From Leptospira sp. (lineage in GTDB: Bacteria > Spirochaetota > Leptospiria > Leptospirales > Leptospiraceae): a stretch of 64,000 nucleotides of DNA. Both the position numbers and the translations under genes were made by a program. The notes under the pieces are model-generated. The model saw only the letters and a list, made by a program, of their open reading frames with translations. It ran no database searches and was not told the DNA's origin. Shown piece after piece: positions 19,804 through 29,746 of this stretch. Each line of letters begins with the position of its first letter. The stretch's first letter is position 1. The DNA lies in the NCBI GenBank assembly GCA_034439575.1, contig JAWXAQ010000008.1:64001-128000 (forward strand), written 5' to 3'.

Positions 19804-20885
19804 ACAAAAAAATTATTTATTTAATATTCAGCATTTCTTTTCTGTTCTTTGTTTTTTTTCTCTTAGAAGAAAGAAATGAAAACCAAACTGAGGTTAGTTA
19901 CTGGAAAGAAAATTGGAAAGTGATTCGATTTGCGCCACCAAAAGAAACTTGGTGTGGCAAATTAGAACCATCATTTATTAATTCACCATTCCAAATCCAA
20001 ATGTATGATAGGGGTTGGAAAAAATCTCCAATATTCACTGTATCTTTCATTGATCCTGAAACCAAAAATGTAATATTGTATGAAGGAAATTATAATGTTA
20101 AAAACACATTTTCTGATTTGAGTGTTCTTAAAACAAAGTTTATTGAACCTATAACGGAAGAACATACTAAAGCCCATTGTTTGACAGGCGATGGACCAAG
20201 GCTTATTCTCAGCAAAGATTATGCTGATCTGAAATCAGAGTTAGGTGGCTCAGATTTAATATTTGGTAAAAAGCTGGAATCTGATACATCGCGCATTATC
20301 ACAAAAGCCAATGACAAAATCATTTCGCCTTACAACTATATTTTGGATAAATTTCGCGGTAAGTTGGATGGGATTCGCGAACGTCAATATATTTCATATA
20401 ACGGTGGCTATTTGACTCATATCGAATTTTCAGGACAAGGTCAATTGGTTCGCGCTGAAAATTCTGCTAAAAAAAACCAGTATGAAACATATGTCAATCA
20501 ATGGAGTCGCCCAACTGGAGAACGAATTGTATTTTCACCCGCGATTGGCAATGATTGGGAAACCAAACTAAAAGCTTTAAGAGCCGATATGTATCCTGAT
20601 GAAAGTAGTGGACCCGGATTTCTTAAAGCTCAAGAATTCAAAAAAGGCCAACCAGAATTTACTATTTCTTCTTCACATTCAGATGCGTATCGATGGAAAC
20701 TTTTGGTGTATTCTAAATTCAAATGGAACGATTTAGAATACCGGCCTGTAGTTCGAGAGATAACAGGCTATTTTACCGAAGATGTGAGCTTTGTGAAGGA
20801 AGATACTTTCCAAAATTTCGTCAAAGCCGCAATGGAAGTGAAAAATGCTTCCCGCTTTGAACGTCCCAATCAGAAAATCCAATAA
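19800..20885 (+). CDS. Membrane-anchored periplasmic protein (possibly DUF4340-like)
   Basis: N-terminal TM; coupled to the GldG-like gene; family assignment rests on position only. Confidence 0.55.
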   Translation: MNKKIIYLIFSISFLFFVFFLLEERNENQTEVSYWKENWKVIRFAPPKETWCGKLEPSFINSPFQIQMYDRGWKKSPIFTVSFIDPETKNVILYEGNYNVKNTFSDLSVLKTKFIEPITEEHTKAHCLTGDGPRLILSKDYADLKSELGGSDLIFGKKLESDTSRIITKANDKIISPYNYILDKFRGKLDGIRERQYISYNGGYLTHIEFSGQGQLVRAENSAKKNQYETYVNQWSRPTGERIVFSPAIGNDWETKLKALRADMYPDESSGPGFLKAQEFKKGQPEFTISSSHSDAYRWKLLVYSKFKWNDLEYRPVVREITGYFTEDVSFVKEDTFQNFVKAAMEVKNASRFERPNQKIQ

Positions 20886-20886
20886 G

Positions 20887-21501
20887 GTGCAAAATTCGAA
20901 TACTTACAACGCTCGCAAACAAATTCTTAGAGATATCTTTTTTTCTCCGAAGTCGGCTTTCGAATCGTATTACCAAAAGACTGATTTAGGAAACAGAGAT
21001 TTATTTATGATTCACCTAAGCCTGGCACTTTTGGGTGGGCTTATGAAATTTGTTGGCAATCTCATTCAGATTTTTGTCTTCAAAGTGACATCCTTAGATG
21101 AAGAAACAAATATTTCATTGTTTCAGGGCATTATCCCCATCATAGGATTTTATGTTTTAGTCTATGGTTTACTTCGGCTTACGGATAGTTTTCGAATGTA
21201 CCACCAAATGCGCGATAAAGCAATGGATTGGTCTGGACCTGAACCACATGTTTTTATTATATCATTTTTACCATTTACTTCCACATCAGTATTTTGGATT
21301 TTGCCTCCACCTTTCCCCTTGCTTTTGTTAGGTTTGGGCTTTCTATACTCATTGCAATTAGCATACATGTATTTATCGATCCAAAGAATGTGGACTTCCC
21401 GTGATTTTTTCTTTTTACTTATGAAAGTCACACTTTTCTTTTTAGTTCTCATCAGCGTGCCCTTATTTTTTTATCACATTCTTAGGACGGTACTCAATTG
21501 A
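20887..21501 (+). CDS. Multi-pass membrane protein (Yip1-like)
   Basis: [10 protein letters not shown]-terminal motif and about five TM helices; probable GTG start at 20887. Confidence 0.6.
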   Translation: MQNSNTYNARKQILRDIFFSPKSAFESYYQKTDLGNRDLFMIHLSLALLGGLMKFVGNLIQIFVFKVTSLDEETNISLFQGIIPIIGFYVLVYGLLRLTDSFRMYHQMRDKAMDWSGPEPHVFIISFLPFTSTSVFWILPPPFPLLLLGLGFLYSLQLAYMYLSIQRMWTSRDFFFLLMKVTLFFLVLISVPLFFYHILRTVLN

Positions 21502-22892
21502 AAATATTTCTAGTTGGCATTGGCGGAATTGCCATGGGCAATTTAGCTTATATGTTAAAACAATTGGGTCATGAAATATCTGGTTCAGATCAAAATCTGT
21601 ATCCACCTATGTCTGATAAGTTGGTCGAGTGGGGCCTTTCACCTAAATCTGGCTATGCTGCAGAAAATGTGAAAGGTGCAGATTTAGTAATTATTGGAAA
21701 TGCGATTTCTCGTGGCAATCCTGAAGTAGAAGCAGTATTAAATTCCGGCATTGAATACATGAGCATGGCACAAGCGATTGGCCATTTTTTTCTAAAAGGA
21801 AAAAAGCCTATCGTAATCGCAGGAACTCACGGCAAAACGACCACAACCTTTTTAACTCATTATTTATTATCCGAAATTGGATTGGCACCCGGTCTTTTTG
21901 TTGGTGGCATTCGTACTGATGGTCATGCCGGTTTTGATATCGGAAAAGGTGAATATTTTGTCATAGAGGGCGATGAATATGACAGTGCTTTCTTTGATAA
22001 AAGTTCCAAATTTTTACATTACCGTCCATACTATCTCGTGTTAAATGCTCTGGATTTTGACCATGCAGATATTTTTGCTGATTTAGATGCCATAAAAGTT
22101 ATGTTCAAGCGTCTTTTGAATTTGGTGCCGAGCCAAGGTAAGGTATTGTCTTGGAATGGATCAAAGAATTTGAATTCTATTTTAGAAAATTATAAACATG
22201 CTCCTCTTGAAAAATTTGAATTAGGGGAAAAGAATTCTATTTTTAAATATGAAAAAGGAATTCTTTCCGACACCAAAAATAAAAAGGTTTTAAAACCTTC
22301 ATTGATTGGAGCACATAATTACCGCAATGCGGAGGCGGCCATCAGAGTTTGCCTTGAAATTGCACCAAACAAAAGAGAAGAAATTATAAGCGCATTCCTT
22401 CGTTTTCCTGGAGTGAAACGAAGACAGGAAATTTTATTTCGATCTGAAAATAGTTTGTTAGTAGAAGACTTCGCCCATCACCCTGTGGCGATCCATGAAA
22501 CTGTCAAAGCGCACAAACAGGCTTATCCAGATTATAAAATCATTTCTCTTTTTGAACCGAGAAGTGCCACTTCTCATAGAAATGTTTTCCAAGATGATTT
22601 TGCTAAATCGTTTAAAGGTTCAGATCTGACTATGATTACGGAAGTTTACCAATTGAACAAAGTTGGTTCTAAGTCCCGCTTAAATGTTAAAAAGTTAGTT
22701 AAGGATACAAAACTTAAAACTTCAAAACCTGCCATATACTGTAAAGACCCGCGAGATTTGATAAAACACCTAACAAAAGAAATATTGAAATTCAAAAATC
22801 ATAAAATAGTCATATTGGCTATGTCAAATGGTGCTTTCGGTGGAATTTATCCAGACTTGAAATTGTTAATTATAGAAAGAGAAAATAAATGA
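21498..22892 (+). CDS. mpl: Mur ligase, murein peptide ligase (Mpl)-like
   Basis: [51 protein letters not shown] are more Mpl-like than MurC-like. Confidence 0.75.
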   Translation: MKIFLVGIGGIAMGNLAYMLKQLGHEISGSDQNLYPPMSDKLVEWGLSPKSGYAAENVKGADLVIIGNAISRGNPEVEAVLNSGIEYMSMAQAIGHFFLKGKKPIVIAGTHGKTTTTFLTHYLLSEIGLAPGLFVGGIRTDGHAGFDIGKGEYFVIEGDEYDSAFFDKSSKFLHYRPYYLVLNALDFDHADIFADLDAIKVMFKRLLNLVPSQGKVLSWNGSKNLNSILENYKHAPLEKFELGEKNSIFKYEKGILSDTKNKKVLKPSLIGAHNYRNAEAAIRVCLEIAPNKREEIISAFLRFPGVKRRQEILFRSENSLLVEDFAHHPVAIHETVKAHKQAYPDYKIISLFEPRSATSHRNVFQDDFAKSFKGSDLTMITEVYQLNKVGSKSRLNVKKLVKDTKLKTSKPAIYCKDPRDLIKHLTKEILKFKNHKIVILAMSNGAFGGIYPDLKLLIIERENK

Positions 22893-23914
22893 GTTTACTC
22901 GAAGAAATTCAAACTATTGTAAAAGATGCTGAAACGGCTCTTGTATCCTGTCCTTCTGAAGATCAATTGGATTCTACGAAAAACTTATTCGTTGGTAAAA
23001 AAGGAAAACTAACGTCAGTTTTAAAAGGCATAGCTTCCTTAAGCGTCGAAGAAAAAAAGACTATAGGCAAAATCGCTAACGAAGCACAGACGAAGATTGA
23101 ATCATTTGTAGAAATACAAAGAAACAAACTGAAAGAAGAATTTTACGAAATTAAATTAAAAACAGAATTTTTTGATTCTTTAAGGCCTTTGCCTTCCAAT
23201 GAAAGAGGAACACTTCATCCCATTTCACAAATACAATATGAGATTGAAGATATTTTTACTTCTATGGGTTTTTCGATCATGGATGGTCCTGAAGTAGAAA
23301 CAGATGAAAACAATTTTGGTGCTTTGAATTTTACGGAAGATCATCCTGCAAGAGATATGCAAGATACCTTTTATACAACTGACGGAAATTTGTTGCGAAC
23401 ACATACCTCTGCTATACAGGTCCGAGCACTGCGCAATTTAAAACCACCTTTTCGAATCATTGCACCTGGTCGGGTTTTTCGGTATGAAGAAGTGGATGCA
23501 TCACATGAGAATACATTTTACCAAGTGGAAGGTATGGTTGTCGGAGAAAATATTTCCATTGCCAATTTAATTTATACAATGGAAACTCTTCTCTCGCGTA
23601 TCTTTAGAAAAGAAGTGAAAACACGATTGCGTCCCGGCTATTTCCCGTTTGTCGAACCAGGCTTTGAATTGGACATTCAATGTCTTGTTTGTGAAGGAAA
23701 AGGTTGTTCTGTTTGTAAACAATCTGGCTGGCTTGAGTTATTGCCTTGTGGACTTGTCCATCCAAATGTTCTCGCACATGGTGGACATGATCCGAAAAAA
23801 TGGACAGGATTTGCTTTCGGACTTGGGCTAGATCGTTTGGTGATGATGCGATATGGCATCAATGACATACGATACTTCCAATCCGGAAATCTTAGGTTCC
23901 TAAACCAATTCTAA
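22889..23914 (+). CDS. pheS: Phenylalanine--tRNA ligase alpha subunit
   Basis: [37 protein letters not shown]. Confidence 0.97.
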   Translation: MSLLEEIQTIVKDAETALVSCPSEDQLDSTKNLFVGKKGKLTSVLKGIASLSVEEKKTIGKIANEAQTKIESFVEIQRNKLKEEFYEIKLKTEFFDSLRPLPSNERGTLHPISQIQYEIEDIFTSMGFSIMDGPEVETDENNFGALNFTEDHPARDMQDTFYTTDGNLLRTHTSAIQVRALRNLKPPFRIIAPGRVFRYEEVDASHENTFYQVEGMVVGENISIANLIYTMETLLSRIFRKEVKTRLRPGYFPFVEPGFELDIQCLVCEGKGCSVCKQSGWLELLPCGLVHPNVLAHGGHDPKKWTGFAFGLGLDRLVMMRYGINDIRYFQSGNLRFLNQF

Positions 23915-23933
23915 AATTTAGAATTGGTTTAGG
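23899..23933. terminator. Perfect 17-bp inverted repeat over the pheS stop; probable terminator between convergent genes
   Basis: CCTAAACCAATTCTAAA-A-TTTAGAATTGGTTTAGG. Confidence 0.6.
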
Positions 23934-24031
23934 CTAACTCACGTTATTCGTGTTTTAATTTTAATCTACTTTATTAAATAATTCAAAATAGCATTTTACT
24001 GCAAATAGTCGGATCTGATTTTTAAATTCAA

Positions 24032-25558
24032 TTAGAGTTTAACAGACTGTAGTAAACCGTTAATATTTTTTAACTGAACTTTTGTTTGTTTGAAGGATAA
24101 CCCTTCGCTAGTGAGGATTTCCTTTTCATTCTCATCATACAAATTTGTGAGTATCATGGAACCTCTTTCTGTTTGCGCTGCGCATAACACATACGGAGTT
24201 TTTTTATCTCCACCCGCATTGAAGTGGACTGTTGAAATCGAAAGGATTTCGCAAATCTCTCCTTCTTTCGCATCCACTTCATTGATGTGAATCGGCCTTG
24301 AAATTTGTGGGCTTCTCGTCGGATAGTTGTTGTCGTTTGTGCTAAATATGATAACTGAATTGATACTATCAATGCCTCCGTTGCCTCCAAGCAAACTAAC
24401 GCTTGGTGGAGTGCTCAGAGTTTTTGGAATGGGATTGACTGCCAGGCCATATTGCGAAGTCACATCGATTAGACCAGTCACACCTGACAAAGACATGGCG
24501 GCTTGATAATTTAGAATTCCTCCGCCAAAATTTATGGGAAATTCCTTTTTTCCATTTTTAATATTTCCATGTTTGAGTGCTTCTGCCACTTCTTTGCCAG
24601 GAATCCCAAAATATAAACTTGCTTGGTGAATGATCATGCCGGTAAAACAGTCATATATCCAAGCATACTCTACGTCTTCTCTTTTGAGTCCTGAGAGCGA
24701 AAATGCTTTTTCGGCAGCTATACTTGCGGGACTGGCCATTCCTTTTTTTTGATAAAAGTATTCTGCATGAACGGCATGACTTGCCCCAGAAATATATATA
24801 TGTTTTGAATCACTTTTGATGATACCTTTGTCAATTAACTCTTGTTTTTTGGCTTCAGTCGTAATGAGAGTAGCGAAAGCATGATCGGTCACAATGGCAA
24901 TCATTGGAGTGGAGTAAGGTCCAGCAAGAGGCCTACTTAGTTGTTTTTCAGTTAATTCTTTTTTATATTGGAATGCTCTCGGATTATCTATCGCATAACT
25001 ACGAAATAGTTTTGTAATTTCTTTATAATCATCAAGGGTAATGCCCGATTCACTCATTTGCCTTTCTGCAAGTAGGGAATAAAGTCCAATGAGAGTGGCT
25101 CCGTAATTGATCTCATGATCTTTATGGCATACAGTTTCTGTTAGGCGCTTGAGGTCTGAAATTTGACGAAAGACTGATTTTGGGACATCCGCCGCCGCGA
25201 TCAAAACGACAGCATTCGGGTTACTTGTCACTATCGAGTAGGCTTGGTGGATTGCGCCACCCACACTTGCGCCACCTAAATCTACCATATGGCAGGATAT
25301 TCCAGTGAAACCTAGATCATTGGCGTCGCGTACCGCATGACCATAACCACTTCGACCAAGGGAAAGAGAATCTATGGAAACAAAATCAGTAAGATAAGGA
25401 GAGAGTTTTTTCGCATCAGTGCCTAGGAAATCACAGAGTTTATCAACAGAGCGAGAGAGAAGCTGGAAGTATTTCTCCATTGTGCTCGCATTTTTATAAA
25501 AGTCTGAGTCAAATTCTTGTTCAATTGTATCTGCAACACCGATTAAAATAGGTTTCAT
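24032..25558 (-). CDS. Thiolase-superfamily protein (SCP2/Ltp2-like) with C-terminal OB-fold-like extension
   Basis: DLGGASVG, NPRA, WIYDCFTG, PINFGGG; C-terminal TVH..PYVLCAAQTERG..ILTNL resembles DUF35. Confidence 0.75.
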   Translation of the reverse strand: MKPILIGVADTIEQEFDSDFYKNASTMEKYFQLLSRSVDKLCDFLGTDAKKLSPYLTDFVSIDSLSLGRSGYGHAVRDANDLGFTGISCHMVDLGGASVGGAIHQAYSIVTSNPNAVVLIAAADVPKSVFRQISDLKRLTETVCHKDHEINYGATLIGLYSLLAERQMSESGITLDDYKEITKLFRSYAIDNPRAFQYKKELTEKQLSRPLAGPYSTPMIAIVTDHAFATLITTEAKKQELIDKGIIKSDSKHIYISGASHAVHAEYFYQKKGMASPASIAAEKAFSLSGLKREDVEYAWIYDCFTGMIIHQASLYFGIPGKEVAEALKHGNIKNGKKEFPINFGGGILNYQAAMSLSGVTGLIDVTSQYGLAVNPIPKTLSTPPSVSLLGGNGGIDSINSVIIFSTNDNNYPTRSPQISRPIHINEVDAKEGEICEILSISTVHFNAGGDKKTPYVLCAAQTERGSMILTNLYDENEKEILTSEGLSFKQTKVQLKNINGLLQSVKL

Positions 25559-25576
25559 AAAACCTAAAGAATAAGA

Positions 25577-26371
25577 TTAGTCCATCCCGAGCAATGAATT
25601 CATTCGAAAATCTTGTATGATTTGTCGGCATCGTTCAGAAATCAAAATGAGTGATTCGCCAAATTTTTTGTTAGCATAATTTTGAAATGCTCTAGGATAT
25701 TCTCTATCATTCACTTGCACAACTAAGTCCGGATTGATTCTATTTTTAGAAGTTAAATCTTGTATAGCTTGTGTGATATTTTTTAAAGCTAAACAGCCAT
25801 CCCGCAATAATCCTTGGGATACCTTTTCAATCATGATGGGATTTCCGTTGGCATCAAGCAGGCTCTTTGTGATTTCTTGTATTTTTAAGGAAGGCATTCC
25901 TCTACGGGAAAGACCAATTCTTTCCACCATCAAAACTGCATCTTGCAAAAAGGTATATTCAGGGGTTCCTTTGAAAATATTGATAAGAACTGGTAACTCT
26001 TTTTCAGCAAACTCGACCATGGCACCATAGAAGTAACGTAACTCTAGTTTTGCGACAGGATGAAAATCTACCTTCTGGTATTTTTCCAATTTTTCCATGG
26101 ACTCATCCATGATGCGATTGAGGGTACTTGCTTTTGCCGCTTCTTTTTTGGCGACCAGGTCTTGGAATTTACTTTTTAATTGTTCTAAAAATGAGATTTC
26201 TTCTAGTAAAAATTTTCCTACATTGCCACGTACTTTTAGCATTTGAATGTATCTAGTTTCAAAACTAATTTGGTCGAAAGCCTTTGGATTTAATTTTCCA
26301 TGTTCTTGGTATTCACTGCGAATTTTTTCTAATAGATTTTTTGTTTCGATTTCTGATAATTCTTTGCTCAT
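25577..26371 (-). CDS. Hypothetical helical protein
   Basis: Long ORF; ATGA overlap with the upstream gene puts the start at 26371. Confidence 0.7.
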   Translation of the reverse strand: MSKELSEIETKNLLEKIRSEYQEHGKLNPKAFDQISFETRYIQMLKVRGNVGKFLLEEISFLEQLKSKFQDLVAKKEAAKASTLNRIMDESMEKLEKYQKVDFHPVAKLELRYFYGAMVEFAEKELPVLINIFKGTPEYTFLQDAVLMVERIGLSRRGMPSLKIQEITKSLLDANGNPIMIEKVSQGLLRDGCLALKNITQAIQDLTSKNRINPDLVVQVNDREYPRAFQNYANKKFGESLILISERCRQIIQDFRMNSLLGMD

Positions 26372-27399
26372 TTTTGATTTTTCCAATTATCCACTTCCAT
26401 AATTGTTTTATCGAGATCTTGCGAAAAATACAATGAAGCATTTTTCGCATCTACGTACATCAATTGGTTCGGGTATTGTAATTGTTTGACCTGGGAATCT
26501 GTTTTTAGATTTAATAAATTCAATAATTGTAAACTTAGTACTTTCATATCCTTCACAATTGTTGTCGTGTGACGTTGCATTTCAAATAAGTGAAGTTTGT
26601 CCAATTTTTCTCTGTCCGATTCTATAAATCGCATCTCTTCGCGCATATCTGCAGGAGCCTTAGAGATATAATATGTAATTGGACGAGGATAAGAGGTCAT
26701 TTCTTTATGCATATCGACCATTTTATCTATAGATTCAAATATTTGTGCTTCAAATTCGCGAGCAAGGTTTCCCACAATATTCTTATTTTCAGATGGATCG
26801 CCAGTAAGTTCAAAAATACGAGAAGACTGAATGTTGCGAATGATCGCATTTGCTTTTTCTTTATAAGATGTGAGAACTTTAATAAAATGTTCAATCAATT
26901 GACCAGGAACACGAGCTTCTGGTTTATCTAAATTGATGGCCGCAGGAGATTCATCTTTTGAAGTTGTATTGCCAAGAGTGGAATCAATTTTTGATTCTTG
27001 GATTCCCATAATATCAAGATCCGTATCGCCACCTAGCAGTGATTCTTCGCTATTGGGCCCTCCCGATCTCGGAGACGACCTCCTGTCAATTTCTCCATCA
27101 TCTGGCGTATGGATGGGTTTTGAAGGTGCCGACTCGACTGGTAACTTGACCTGAGGTGCCACAATGTCTGGTGTTTTCTGAGGTGCATCGACCGTTGATT
27201 TTACGACTTCAACACCTTGCACTGTTGTAATTTTTATAATTTCAATTCTACGTGTGTCTTTGTTAAACCTTAGCGCATAGCGATTGTTATCATTGTCAAT
27301 AAACCTTTGATTGATCTGAGAAATCGAAAGTTTATTGGGATCTATCTCTGAGATATTTCCAATTTTTATATAAGTTTGTTTTCCTTTTTCTGGGTTCAC
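26368..27399 (-). CDS. Hypothetical protein (small N-domain, low-complexity linker, helical C-domain)
   Basis: 343 aa ORF with GTGA/ATGA overlaps on both sides. Confidence 0.7.
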   Translation of the reverse strand: MNPEKGKQTYIKIGNISEIDPNKLSISQINQRFIDNDNNRYALRFNKDTRRIEIIKITTVQGVEVVKSTVDAPQKTPDIVAPQVKLPVESAPSKPIHTPDDGEIDRRSSPRSGGPNSEESLLGGDTDLDIMGIQESKIDSTLGNTTSKDESPAAINLDKPEARVPGQLIEHFIKVLTSYKEKANAIIRNIQSSRIFELTGDPSENKNIVGNLAREFEAQIFESIDKMVDMHKEMTSYPRPITYYISKAPADMREEMRFIESDREKLDKLHLFEMQRHTTTIVKDMKVLSLQLLNLLNLKTDSQVKQLQYPNQLMYVDAKNASLYFSQDLDKTIMEVDNWKNQK

Positions 27400-27716
27400 A
27401 ATCGCAGTATGTCCAATAATGTCTCTGTAAAAGCATATGATAATAGCATATTTGGGTCAACTTCGATCTCTTGCGACTTACGATATAAGTAAAAAAAATC
27501 TGTTTCGGTTAGATGAACTCTCTCAAAGTAAGAACTTTGTTTCTGATTCGTTTCCCAGATTGATATATCTCTCAATTGAAGTTCCAAGAGGGCAATTCTT
27601 ATGATAAACCCCAATTCTAGATGTTTTTCTTTTAGGATGTTTGCCAATTCTTTGTCGAATTGTAGTAATGTATAAAACATAATTCCCTCAGATTCTAAGG
27701 TGACAGATTGTAGCAA
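27396..27716 (-). CDS. Hypothetical protein
   Basis: 106 aa ORF coupled to the next gene, divergent from rpsT; start uncertain. Confidence 0.55.
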   Translation of the reverse strand: MLQSVTLESEGIMFYTLLQFDKELANILKEKHLELGFIIRIALLELQLRDISIWETNQKQSSYFERVHLTETDFFYLYRKSQEIEVDPNMLLSYAFTETLLDILRL

Positions 27717-27743
27717 TCGGTACTGAAATTTTTATCTTTCGCC

Positions 27744-27771
27744 TTGACCCACAGACTGGTACTCAAAAGAT
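27744..27771 (+). promoter_or_regulatory. Putative rpsT promoter
   Basis: TTGACC-N16-AAAGAT about 30 nt before the TTG start. Confidence 0.35.
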
Positions 27772-27800
27772 AAGTAAAAATTCCTCGTAGGGGACGTTCC

Positions 27801-28076
27801 TTGGCTAATTTAAGATCCTCCAAAAAAGACATCAGACGCTCAGAGCGTCGCAAAGAGCGCAACGCTCAGGATAAAACTGAGATGCGTACATATGCACGTA
27901 ATTTGTTAAAAGCGATAAAAATCGGAAACAAAGACGAGGCACTTACTGTATTTAGTAAGTATGCTTCTAGATTAGATAGAGCAGCTAAAACGAAACTCAT
28001 TCATAAAAAAAATGCAGATCGTAAGAAAGCACGTATGGCAGCTCGTATCAATGCTATTGGCGCAACTGCCGCATAA
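27801..28076 (+). CDS. rpsT: 30S ribosomal protein S20
   Basis: MANLRSSKK..LDRAAKTKLIHKKNADRKKAR; TTG start. Confidence 0.95.
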   Translation: MANLRSSKKDIRRSERRKERNAQDKTEMRTYARNLLKAIKIGNKDEALTVFSKYASRLDRAAKTKLIHKKNADRKKARMAARINAIGATAA

Positions 28077-28101
28077 TCCTTGTTCACATAAGATTTATGC
28101 G

Positions 28102-28134
28102 AAAAGGTCACCTAGTGTGGCCTTTTTTATTTTT
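28102..28134 (+). terminator. Rho-independent terminator after rpsT
   Basis: AAAAGGTCAC-ctagt-GTGGCCTTTT stem followed by a U-rich tract. Confidence 0.8.
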
Positions 28135-28178
28135 AAATAGACACCAGAGAGCAACGCGATTTTACTGGCATTACGAAC

Positions 28179-28251
28179 GGGCGATTAGCTCAGCTGGGAG
28201 AGCAGCTGCCTTACAAGCAGCGGGTCGGCAGTTCAATCCTGTCATCGCCCA
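28179..28251 (+). tRNA. tRNA-Val (anticodon TAC); CCA not encoded
   Basis: GGGCGAT/ATCGCCC acceptor stem, TAGCTCAG D-arm, GCTGC-CTTACAA-GCAGC anticodon arm, GTTCAATCC T-loop. Confidence 0.96.
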
Positions 28252-28369
28252 ATTCCGTTTTTTTACATCTAAAACCCTCGAGTCCTAGAGAGGGATTTCT
28301 TTCCCTACCCCCATCTTCCTTGAAAAAGATAGACTTCCCTAGTATTTGCACCACATTGGACTTTGATAT

Positions 28370-29746
28370 ATGATCGTTAACAGAGAATACAATCTCTCGT
28401 CCCTTATGATTTCGATTTCAGGTGTCCGTGGTAAAATCAATCATGGATTCGGTTTACCTGAAGCTTTATTATTTGCTCAATCTTTTGCCACCATGATGAA
28501 GGGCCAAACAACTGTCATTGGTCGTGATTCTAGACCTAGTGGTCCTTATTTTGAAAATTTATTAACCGCATCTCTCCTTGCACTTGATTGCAATGTTTTA
28601 ACTTTAGGACTAGTTCCGACTCCGACAACGAAAGCTGTAGTCAAACTTTCCAAGTCAAAGGGCGGAATTATGATTTCTGCTTCGCATAACCCGATGGAGT
28701 GGAATGCATTTAAATTTATTTCCAAAGATGGTTTTTTCTTTAATGCAAAAGAAAATGAAACACTTTTGTCTATTTTGAAATCTGGAAATTTTGCTAAAGA
28801 ACTGATCCATCCAAAGGCATATGTGGAATCTGGTGAAGATTATATAGATCTTCACATCAAATCGGTGTTAGCAAGAGTCAATGTTCAAAAGATTAAAAAG
28901 AAAAAATTCAAAGTTTTCGTGGATGCTGTCGGAGGGGCTGGTTCATTTGTAATTCCAAATTTACTTCGCCAATTGGGCTGTTCGGTGATCGAACATAACT
29001 GTAAGCCAGATGGTACATTTCCACGTCCTCCAGAACCCACACCGAGCGCACTCGTATCTTCAGAAAAAGCATTCAAAAAATCAAAGGCAGATATAGGCTT
29101 CGCACTCGATCCCGATGCAGATAGACTTGTTTTATTCACACCAAAACGTGGCGCGATATCGGAAGAATTGACTCTTCCTTTAGCACTTCGCAGTGTCCTT
29201 CGTGGTGCCAAAAAAGGAAGTAAGGTGGTCGTAAATTTATCAACAAGTTTCTTAAATGAATTTGTTGCTGATGTATTTGGTGCGAAAGTCATTCGGTCAA
29301 AAGTTGGTGAGGCCAATGTCGTAGAAGAGATGCTCGCAAACAAAGCTGTATTTGGTGGAGAGGGGAATGGTGGTGTTATCGATCCAAATATCCCTTCGTT
29401 TGGAAGGGATACACTTTCAGGAATTGCACATATCTTAAATTTAATGGCCGAGGAAAATCTCAAAATAGATGATTTTGTTTCAGAACTTCCAGACATCCAA
29501 ATGACAAAACTTTCTTTTCCATTAGCCAAAGATTTTTCGTTGGATAGTCTTTTTGAAAAATTTCGAGAAGGCTTCCCAAAAGCCGAAGTTTCCATCAAAG
29601 ACGGATTGTGGTTATCGGAAGGTGATAGGTGGATACATATTAGACCATCTAACACGGAACCTATATTTAGAGTGATCGCAGAATCAAGGTCAAAATCAGA
29701 TCTGGACTTAACCTTAAAGAGGGTAAAACAATGTGTGGAATCGTAG
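28370..29746 (+). CDS. glmM: Phosphoglucosamine mutase / phosphohexomutase
   Basis: SASHNP, DPDADR, GGEGNG, RPSNTEP; directly upstream of glmS. Confidence 0.85.
   Translation: MIVNREYNLSSLMISISGVRGKINHGFGLPEALLFAQSFATMMKGQTTVIGRDSRPSGPYFENLLTASLLALDCNVLTLGLVPTPTTKAVVKLSKSKGGIMISASHNPMEWNAFKFISKDGFFFNAKENETLLSILKSGNFAKELIHPKAYVESGEDYIDLHIKSVLARVNVQKIKKKKFKVFVDAVGGAGSFVIPNLLRQLGCSVIEHNCKPDGTFPRPPEPTPSALVSSEKAFKKSKADIGFALDPDADRLVLFTPKRGAISEELTLPLALRSVLRGAKKGSKVVVNLSTSFLNEFVADVFGAKVIRSKVGEANVVEEMLANKAVFGGEGNGGVIDPNIPSFGRDTLSGIAHILNLMAEENLKIDDFVSELPDIQMTKLSFPLAKDFSLDSLFEKFREGFPKAEVSIKDGLWLSEGDRWIHIRPSNTEPIFRVIAESRSKSDLDLTLKRVKQCVES

Noticed and set aside
28097..28288. 63-aa ORF after rpsT
   Set aside because: Overlaps the terminator and tRNA-Val
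28179..28370. tRNA-Val as an island integration site
   Set aside because: No integrase and no duplicated tRNA 3' end noticed; core glm genes follow immediately
28885..29655. 256-aa antisense ORF within glmM
   Set aside because: Lies wholly opposite a conserved gene, Ser/Pro/Phe-rich with no motif; typical shadow ORF
29600..29731. glmS ribozyme
   Set aside because: glmS overlaps the end of glmM, so there is no leader, and no ribozyme motif was seen
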